64,000 bases of DNA. Origin: a virus. Below the pieces are notes generated by a model that saw only the letters and a program-made list of their open reading frames with translations, did not search any database and was not told the DNA's origin. Each line of letters starts with the position of its first letter. The stretch's first letter is position 1. A program made the translations under genes and the position numbers. This document shows, one piece after another, positions 57,336 through 64,000 of the stretch. The DNA lies in the IMG/VR virus record IMGVR_UViG_3300022602_000031, positions 64,001 to 128,000 of that record. The stretch is one strand, 5' to 3'.

Positions 57336-58288
57336 TCGAACAGGCCGTTACCGTCACTGACACAGAGATACTGATACTAGCACAGTTCTTTATACACAAA
57401 GACTTTGCGGTAACCAAACGCGACGTGTTACTGGATATACTAGGGCGACACTATCGAGACCAAACGGTACGCATACGATTACTAGACGGGGAAAACAGCA
57501 ACTTCAGTGGGTTTACAGATTTTCTGTTATGGATTAGTCAAAACCTAAACATACCTCGAGAACGTTTTATCATCGAAAGTCACAGACCCGATGAGCCCTT
57601 CCCACACTCAAAACTACGTTTGGGAATTTTTATCAGTGTCAATCAATACTTGCCAACTATAGTACCCGATCTAGGCCAGGCACGTTTTGTTGGAACTCTA
57701 TTAGGTAGATACAATATAAATCGAGTTAGATTAGCCTACGAATTAGATTGTGCTTTCCCCGACGATACATACATAACATTTCAACCAAAGTTAGATTTTG
57801 TTGTTAGGGACCTACAGCATTTTGGTAGCTTATATCAAAATGAATTAGCGTGGCTACACAACAAACAATTTGACATTGATTTACAAAGCCGTCATCATAT
57901 GGGAATGATAGACTGGCCTGAAAGTTGTCAGGCCTACGGAAATGTATGGAACCAGTATCAAATTGAAGTTGTATCCGAGACAGACAGCATAAGCGATTAT
58001 TGGTTTACTGAAAAGACTGCTAACTGTTTGGCAACAGGTAAACCGTTTGTACTAGTAGCCGGCACGGGTAGCCTACAACGCCTGCGTGATATGGGTTTCC
58101 AAACATTTGGGGAAGTTTTAGATGAGTCCTACGATTTAGCCAAACACCCATACGAACGCATTAAACGCTTGACAACCAGCCTACAACAGTTGTATACTAG
58201 CCCAAGTAAAGCAGATGATTTAAAACAGCTTTACCGTTTGGCTAGCCAAAATATTGAACATTATCGACAATTTTCAGTTCGGCAATAA
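57332..58288 (+). CDS. Putative GT-B glycosyltransferase (GT10-like; probable start 57332)
   Basis: LLGR…NR, EVVSETD…FTEKTANCL..GKPF…G..L..L..MGF…DESYD; ATGA-coupled. Confidence 0.55.
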   Translation: MIEQAVTVTDTEILILAQFFIHKDFAVTKRDVLLDILGRHYRDQTVRIRLLDGENSNFSGFTDFLLWISQNLNIPRERFIIESHRPDEPFPHSKLRLGIFISVNQYLPTIVPDLGQARFVGTLLGRYNINRVRLAYELDCAFPDDTYITFQPKLDFVVRDLQHFGSLYQNELAWLHNKQFDIDLQSRHHMGMIDWPESCQAYGNVWNQYQIEVVSETDSISDYWFTEKTANCLATGKPFVLVAGTGSLQRLRDMGFQTFGEVLDESYDLAKHPYERIKRLTTSLQQLYTSPSKADDLKQLYRLASQNIEHYRQFSVRQ

Positions 58289-58305
58289 AAATTCTAAAAA
58301 ATTGT

Positions 58306-58335
58306 TTGACAAGCTAAATATTATTGTTATATACT
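58306..58335 (+). promoter_or_regulatory. Composite promoter for gp32 (sigma70-type with embedded TAAATA)
   Basis: TTGACA-N18-TATACT; TAAATA at 58315-58320. Confidence 0.65.
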
Positions 58336-58396
58336 TGCAGGGTGCTTGTATATATCTAGGCATATTATTAAGACCATCTTATAAAGGAAAAACATT

Positions 58397-59389
58397 ATGG
58401 CAATGACATTAGCAGAAATCCGCGCAAAACTTCAAGCAAACGAAAATCGCGGTCAAGGTAGTAAACAATCAGGTGGCGACAACGCTATCTATCCACACTG
58501 GAACATCGCAGAAGGTTCCACAACTCGAGTAAGATTCCTCCCAGACGGTAACACAAGTAACAGCTTCTTTTGGGCTGAGCGAGCAATGATTAATTTAGAG
58601 TTCGCAGGTGTAAAAGGTCAGGTTGACAGCAAACGTGTAACAGTCAAAGTTCCTTGTATGGAAATGTACGGAGAACAATGTCCAATTTTAGCTGAGGTAC
58701 GTCCTTGGTTTAAAGATCCAAGTTTAGAAGATATGGGTCGTAAGTATTGGAAAAAGAAGAGTTATGTATTCCAAGGTTTTGTACGTGAAAACGCACTGAC
58801 AGATGATACAACTCCAGAGAACCCAATCCGTCGCTTTACTATCAGCCCACAGATTTTTAATATCATTAAAGCGGCATTGATGGATCCAGAGATGGAAGAA
58901 TTGCCAACTGACTACGGTCGTGGCCTAGATTTCCAAATTGTTAAAACATCCAAAGGTGGCTATGCTGACTACTCTACAAGTAAGTGGTCACGTAAAGAAT
59001 CTGCTCTTACAGCAGAAGAACAAGCCGCTATTGATCAATTCGGTCTATTTAATCTGTCAGACTTCTTACCTAAGAAGCCAACTGAAGCAGACTTAAAAGT
59101 ATTGGTAGAAATGTTCCACGCTAGTGTCGAAGGCGAGCCATATGACGCCGAGCGTTGGGGTGCTTACTACAAACCATTTGGTTTAGATGTTGGTAATGCT
59201 AGTAAGCCAGCGGCACCAGCGGCCGATGATGCTGACGAAACACCAGCACCTGTAGCCAAAGCGGCTCCAGCAGTAGACGAAGATGATACACCAGCTCCTA
59301 CAGCTCCAGTGGCAGCTCCGGCAGCGGCACCATCCAGTCAACGTGCTGAAGACATCCTAGCGATGATCCGTAATCGCCAAAAGCAGTAA
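58397..59389 (+). CDS. gp32: Single-stranded DNA-binding protein
   Basis: VRFLPDG, CPIL, KYWKKKSY, P.D…G.DF..VK..KGGY.DY..SKW; Ala/Pro/acidic linker. Confidence 0.93.
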   Translation: MAMTLAEIRAKLQANENRGQGSKQSGGDNAIYPHWNIAEGSTTRVRFLPDGNTSNSFFWAERAMINLEFAGVKGQVDSKRVTVKVPCMEMYGEQCPILAEVRPWFKDPSLEDMGRKYWKKKSYVFQGFVRENALTDDTTPENPIRRFTISPQIFNIIKAALMDPEMEELPTDYGRGLDFQIVKTSKGGYADYSTSKWSRKESALTAEEQAAIDQFGLFNLSDFLPKKPTEADLKVLVEMFHASVEGEPYDAERWGAYYKPFGLDVGNASKPAAPAADDADETPAPVAKAAPAVDEDDTPAPTAPVAAPAAAPSSQRAEDILAMIRNRQKQ

Positions 59390-59410
59390 TAATATAGCTT
59401 GTGTCTAAAA

Positions 59411-59436
59411 TAGTGGGGGAAGACGATCCCCCACTA
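59411..59436 (+). promoter_or_regulatory. Perfect 10-bp hairpin without U tract (attenuator, processing or stabilising element)
   Basis: TAGTGGGGGA-AGACGA-TCCCCCACTA, 7 nt before ATG 59444. Confidence 0.6.
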
Positions 59437-59443
59437 CCTGTTT

Positions 59444-60055
59444 ATGTTATCATACATTGACCCGATACTGTTCCCAGACGAGTGCGAGATACTTGAAATA
59501 TCTCCAATGAACTACGTCTATCCTATTTTTAAAAACGGTAGTAGTGGTCTTAGAGAAAAAGCTATACGTACACTTACTGCCGACCAGATGCGCAAACTTG
59601 GCAACGTAAACATTTATTTGCGTGACCCATTTGAACGTTATGTAAGCGGAGTACAAACTTACTTACGCTACAATCCACATCTTGATCGCACAACAGCATT
59701 GACAATGATTGATCAATACCTGTTCTTAGATCGACACTTTGCTCTACAGTTCCATTGGATAGTAAACTTACAAAGATTTGCGGATGATCTATGGATGACC
59801 TTTTTACCAATGTCGGAGCTCAACGATAACATCAATGAAACTTGGAACACTATCAGTAGAGATGAAACATTAATAGAGTATTTCAGCAATAATAAAAAAT
59901 TACAGTTTTATCTAATGCTAGATAAAATCCTATTAGATTTTATAGGGCAACCATCTAAGATGACAATGATACTAGCACACATTAAAGTAGAGTATCCTGA
60001 ACTATACGCAGAAATAATTCAACGAAGCAGAAACTTATGCGCTGTCCTAGACTAG
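59444..60055 (+). CDS. Sulfotransferase-like protein (Sulfotransfer_2/HNK-1 type)
   Basis: PIFKNGSS (5'-PAPS-binding loop-like), LRDPFERYVSG (3'-phosphate motif), DRHF..Q. Confidence 0.7.
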   Translation: MLSYIDPILFPDECEILEISPMNYVYPIFKNGSSGLREKAIRTLTADQMRKLGNVNIYLRDPFERYVSGVQTYLRYNPHLDRTTALTMIDQYLFLDRHFALQFHWIVNLQRFADDLWMTFLPMSELNDNINETWNTISRDETLIEYFSNNKKLQFYLMLDKILLDFIGQPSKMTMILAHIKVEYPELYAEIIQRSRNLCAVLD

Positions 60056-60921
60056 ATCACTTTGTACGCTTTAATCATAATGGCACAGTTAGTCGCTGTG
60101 GGCATATGGTTAATCCTGCACAGTTTGATTCTCTAGCACAAATGGATTCTAGTGTATGGTTGCGTAAGATTAAAGAACAGTTTGAACAAGACCAATGGCC
60201 AAACGAATGCCGTCGTTGCGAAGAAACAGAACGGTTAAATGGTGTTAGTGTACGTACACACAGTATCGATTTTGACAGCCAACAAACACAGGCAGACTAC
60301 TTAACAGTTGGTGGTGTACTAGACAATATATGCAACAGCGCCTGTATGACTTGCCACGAGGGATTGAGTACAAAGATTGGCAGTCTAAAAAGTAAAACAT
60401 ATACAATAGTAGATAATACCAATCGCTTTTGGGCATTGCCACAAGAACGTATTGTACACTTAGACCTAAATGGCGGCGAGCCTAGCCATAGTCGAAATTA
60501 CAAGACAGTTATTAACAACCTACCAGTCACAGTTAAGAGTATTAGATTAAATACAAATTGTAGCACATTACTAACAGAGCTAGAAGATTTAGTTGCTCGC
60601 GGCATTGATGTTACAGTTACAGTAAGCCTAGATGGAATTCAAGAAGTACACGACTTTATACGTTGGCCCATTAAATGGGATAAGTTCTACGCAAATCTTA
60701 TGGCATATAAGCGTATGCCTGTAAAGTTAAATCTATGGACAACGGTTAGTGTATTAAATGAACATCAATTACCGGAAATTATCGCCTTTGCACGGTTGCA
60801 CGGCATTGATCACGAGTACGCATACTTAAAACATCCGGCAGTATTAGATGTCAATAATAAAGATCAGGCGTCAATTCAAGCATACATACAAGAACAAAAG
60901 AAGTTACGAGGCATAGAATGA
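60037..60921 (+). CDS. Radical SAM protein with N-terminal twitch/SPASM-like Cys domain
   Basis: CNSACMTC, LNGGEP, SLDG; N-terminal CPRL…SRC…ECRRC. Confidence 0.88.
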   Translation: MRCPRLDHFVRFNHNGTVSRCGHMVNPAQFDSLAQMDSSVWLRKIKEQFEQDQWPNECRRCEETERLNGVSVRTHSIDFDSQQTQADYLTVGGVLDNICNSACMTCHEGLSTKIGSLKSKTYTIVDNTNRFWALPQERIVHLDLNGGEPSHSRNYKTVINNLPVTVKSIRLNTNCSTLLTELEDLVARGIDVTVTVSLDGIQEVHDFIRWPIKWDKFYANLMAYKRMPVKLNLWTTVSVLNEHQLPEIIAFARLHGIDHEYAYLKHPAVLDVNNKDQASIQAYIQEQKKLRGIE

Positions 60922-61409
60922 AAATAGCAATCACCGGACATACATCAGGTATTGGGCAAGCACTAGCCGAAGCATACCACGGACACGACATTGTTGGCCT
61001 AAGTAAACGTGATGGTAATAATATACGCAATACTCCAAAGATTGCTAGTTTAATAGAACCTTGTGATATGTTTATTAACAATGCTCAAGAAGGATTTGCA
61101 CAAACAGAATTATTATTTGAAGTAACTCAACGCTGGGCAACTACTAACAAACAAATTATAGTTATTAGTACAATGATGACTCAGCAACCTATTAGTAGCA
61201 TAGAAGGAATGGATGAGTATCGACTACAAAAAGTCGCTCTAGAGCAAGCAGTGCAACAGTTAAGATTCAAATATCCACAAGGTCCTAAAATTACTATTGT
61301 GCGCCCCGGCCGTGTTGATAACCCAAAATTATGGGCAAGAACATTAGTTGGCCTATTTAGAATGGCCGAATCCAATGGCCTGGCTATCCCGGATATATCT
61401 CTAAGATGA
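60918..61409 (+). CDS. Minimal short-chain dehydrogenase/reductase
   Basis: TGHTSGIG, FINNA, ISTM, YRLQK (YxxxK), RPG. Confidence 0.85.
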   Translation: MKIAITGHTSGIGQALAEAYHGHDIVGLSKRDGNNIRNTPKIASLIEPCDMFINNAQEGFAQTELLFEVTQRWATTNKQIIVISTMMTQQPISSIEGMDEYRLQKVALEQAVQQLRFKYPQGPKITIVRPGRVDNPKLWARTLVGLFRMAESNGLAIPDISLR

Positions 61410-62542
61410 CACCAAAAGACGTATTAACCAATCCTTACTTTTGCCCTATGCCGTGGACAGGGCTTATGTATAACTTCAACGGTGATGTTAAAAACTGTAT
61501 ACGTAGCAGTGAACCGATTGGTAACATTAAAAGTAGTCCTATAGAATCTATCCTGACCAATATGCATAATCAGGATACACAGTTTCGTATGATTCAAGGA
61601 ACCCCAGGACAAAAATGTTTTCCCTGCTATGAATTAGATCAAGGTCAACGTGGATTTAATCATATCAGCGACCGCGTATTTTATATTAAAGAATTAAAGT
61701 CTGTGCCAATGGATACATATCGTATGGGGCATCACGATCTACATACCATTGATGTACGGTGGACCAATTTATGTAACTTTGCCTGTACCTATTGCGGTCC
61801 AAGATTTAGCAGTCGGTGGGCAGAAGAACTTGGAGCAGAACAGTCAGTGCCTACGGAAGAACAACGTAGTAAATTTAAAGAATATATATTCCGTCACGCA
61901 CCAACATTGAAACACGTATATATGGCCGGTGGCGAACCTTTATTAATGAAAGAAAATCTAGAGCTATTAAACCTATTAGATCCTGATGTTAATTTACGCA
62001 TCAATACAAATCTAAGCAAAGTAGATACTCGTGTATTTGATCGTGTTTGCGAATTTCGTAATGTACATTGGACTGTTAGTGTGGACTCAATTGAATCGGA
62101 ATACGAATACATTAGATATGGCGGTCGCTGGACAGACTTTTTAGATAATCTAATGACTATCAAAAAACTTGGACACAAGGTTTCGTTTAATATGTTACAT
62201 TTTATATTAAACTACAACAGCATATTTGGGTGTGTTGATTATTTTAAAGAACAAGGTTTCCATAATAACAGTTTTATTATCGGACCTTTGTTGACTCCTG
62301 AATATCTAAATGTTAGACATTTACCAGACTCAGTATTAGATACAGTCAAGGCTACGCTCGAAGACCGTATCAATGCTAAACCAGGATTCCTATTAGAAAA
62401 TAGTTATGTGAATATGCTTAACTATATTAAACAGCCAATGCTAAAAAACCTAGCAAACTCGTTTACTCAAATTGGTATTATAGATCAACGTAGAGGATTA
62501 GACAGTAGTAAAATCTTTCAGGAGTTATATGGATACCGTTAA
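61406..62542 (+). CDS. Radical SAM protein with N-terminal twitch/SPASM-like domain
   Basis: CNFACTYC, MAGGEP, NTN, SVDS; N-terminal FCPMPW…KNC…KCFPC. Confidence 0.9.
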   Translation: MTPKDVLTNPYFCPMPWTGLMYNFNGDVKNCIRSSEPIGNIKSSPIESILTNMHNQDTQFRMIQGTPGQKCFPCYELDQGQRGFNHISDRVFYIKELKSVPMDTYRMGHHDLHTIDVRWTNLCNFACTYCGPRFSSRWAEELGAEQSVPTEEQRSKFKEYIFRHAPTLKHVYMAGGEPLLMKENLELLNLLDPDVNLRINTNLSKVDTRVFDRVCEFRNVHWTVSVDSIESEYEYIRYGGRWTDFLDNLMTIKKLGHKVSFNMLHFILNYNSIFGCVDYFKEQGFHNNSFIIGPLLTPEYLNVRHLPDSVLDTVKATLEDRINAKPGFLLENSYVNMLNYIKQPMLKNLANSFTQIGIIDQRRGLDSSKIFQELYGYR

Positions 62543-63638
62543 CTCTATTGGGTTTGCTTTAGATCCTGCTAATGTACCTAGCTTTTTGCTTGATTGGGAG
62601 TTGACCAAGTTATGTAATTTGGATTGTAGCTATTGTACAGTTGGTATCAACGGTGGTCACGATAACACAACCAAGCATCCACCATTGGCAGACTGTTTAC
62701 AGTCAATTGATTTTATGTATGAGTATGTAGATCAATATATGCTGTATAAAAAGCCAACTCAGCGTAAAGTAGTATTAAACGTCTACGGAGGGGAAAGTTT
62801 ATTTCACCCTGACATTGTAGAAATCTTGCGCGAATGCCATAGTAGATACGAACACTATAGTGATCGTTGGGATTTGACCATTACCTGCACTACCAATGCT
62901 GTAGTAGGCGCAAGGCGTTGGGCAGAGATAGTGCCAATGGTAGACGAATTTACTGTAAGTTACCATCCAGAGAATTTACCCAAACAACGTCAACAATATT
63001 TGGATAACTTAATGTATCTTCAGGCACAAGGTAAACGATTTAAAGCCATTGTTATGATGCATAATCAACCTGAGCTGTTTGCCGATGCCGAATCTGTTGT
63101 AGCGTTTTGCCAAGACCACAATATGCGTTATTTGGCTAAACCTTTAGACAACACCAGTGAACGTTGGGCCTACACACCAGAACAGTTTGCTCGTATCACT
63201 GAACAACCTGTGACATTTGTTAAAAAAGTCAGCAGTATCAATGAAGGCCGGGCCTGCTGTGGTGGTCGTAGACTTAGCCTAAATGGCGATCTACGAAGTA
63301 ACGTTGGGTTTGTAGCCCGGCAAGGATTCACTGGTTGGTCGTGTAGTGTAAATTGGTTCTTTTTATTCGTACGTCAACTTGATGGTGCGGTGTTTACCAA
63401 TAAAGATTGCCGTATGAGTACGACTGGAAAAGAAGAACCACTGGGAAATATTGCTGAAGCAAAAAAGATTATAAGTAAGCTACAGACCCAATTAGAAACC
63501 AACACAATGCCCATTATAAGTTGTAAAAAAGCAATTTGTCGTTGTGGGTTCTGTGCCCCAAAAGCTGAAAGTGAACAAGACTTTCGAGCGTTAATTAAGA
63601 GAAACGTTGTAGTTGACGTTTTTCAAAAAGAGTGTTAA
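62529..63638 (+). CDS. Radical SAM protein with C-terminal Cys-rich auxiliary domain
   Basis: CNLDCSYC, YGGESLFHP, CTTN; C-terminal CCGG…CS.NW…DC…CKKAICRCGFC. Confidence 0.9.
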   Translation: MDTVNSIGFALDPANVPSFLLDWELTKLCNLDCSYCTVGINGGHDNTTKHPPLADCLQSIDFMYEYVDQYMLYKKPTQRKVVLNVYGGESLFHPDIVEILRECHSRYEHYSDRWDLTITCTTNAVVGARRWAEIVPMVDEFTVSYHPENLPKQRQQYLDNLMYLQAQGKRFKAIVMMHNQPELFADAESVVAFCQDHNMRYLAKPLDNTSERWAYTPEQFARITEQPVTFVKKVSSINEGRACCGGRRLSLNGDLRSNVGFVARQGFTGWSCSVNWFFLFVRQLDGAVFTNKDCRMSTTGKEEPLGNIAEAKKIISKLQTQLETNTMPIISCKKAICRCGFCAPKAESEQDFRALIKRNVVVDVFQKEC

Positions 63639-63673
63639 CATAGCATTAATCAATTATCAACAAGGAAACAATT

Positions 63674-64000
63674 ATGGGCAAACCATTTGACGTATCAAAA
63701 TTTCGCAAAAGCATCACAAAAAGTATCGACGGTATCTCCGTGGGCTTTACTGATCCAACAGATTGGATCTCAACAAATAATTACGCACTTAACTATTTGA
63801 TCAGTGGCGACTTTAACAAAGGCGTTCCACTAGGTAAAGTTACTGTGTTTGCTGGCGAATCGGGCGCAGGTAAATCATTTATCTGTAGCGGTAACTTAAT
63901 CAAGAACGCACAAGAGCAAGGCATTTATGTTATTCTTATTGATACAGAAAACGCCCTTGACGAGCCTTGGCTCAAAGCACTTGGTGTGGACACAAGTGAA
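63674..64000 (+). CDS. uvsX: RecA-like recombinase (partial, runs off the window)
   Basis: MGKPFDVSKFRK…NYLISG…GKVTVFAGESGAGKS Walker A…IDTENALD; SD AAGGA. Confidence 0.93.
   Translation, partial: MGKPFDVSKFRKSITKSIDGISVGFTDPTDWISTNNYALNYLISGDFNKGVPLGKVTVFAGESGAGKSFICSGNLIKNAQEQGIYVILIDTENALDEPWLKALGVDTSE

Noticed and set aside
59205-59335. CCAGC-rich repeats in gp32 as a DNA repeat element
   Set aside because: Explained by the coding bias of the Ala/Pro linker.
59390-63673. RiPP cluster with a precursor peptide for the SPASM-type radical SAMs
   Set aside because: No small ORF with an RBS lies in or beside the tightly overlapping operon. The sulfotransferase and SDR fit small-molecule or sugar chemistry better.
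1-64000. CRISPR array or tRNA genes
   Set aside because: Intergenic gaps are mostly under 150 bp and are explained by promoters, terminators and leaders. I saw no repeat-spacer pattern or cloverleaf.
1-64000. Stop-codon reassignment (as in some jumbo phages)
   Set aside because: Conserved genes are full length under the standard code and end in TAA, TAG and TGA at expected positions.

Overview
A 64 kb segment of a large, AT-rich, distantly T4-related myovirus genome; no host genes are apparent. In order it holds: the end of the prohead scaffold and the major capsid gene; a small monocistronic gene; an SGNH/glycosyltransferase-like trio; a ~29 kb locus of fibre, adhesin and baseplate-associated genes; gp14/gp15/NUDIX on the minus strand; early genes; gp13; a GIY-YIG nuclease; dNMP kinase; an oversized tail sheath; tail tube; gp4; putative internal head proteins; HNH and large terminase; a second glycosyltransferase/SGNH trio; gp32; a five-gene sulfotransferase/radical-SAM/SDR operon; and the start of uvsX. 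The best candidate for an undescribed system is a dispersed glycan-building and tailoring toolkit: 3 GT10-like transferases, 3 atypical SGNH proteins, a sulfotransferase, 3 radical SAM enzymes and a minimal SDR. Its target could be the Ser/Thr/Asn-rich virion fibres or the DNA. Also notable are widespread leaderless-geometry promoters, a palindromic bidirectional promoter shared by HNH and terL, and a repeated fibre-to-tip gene-pair pattern. All family calls come from motif recognition by eye; no database searches were run.
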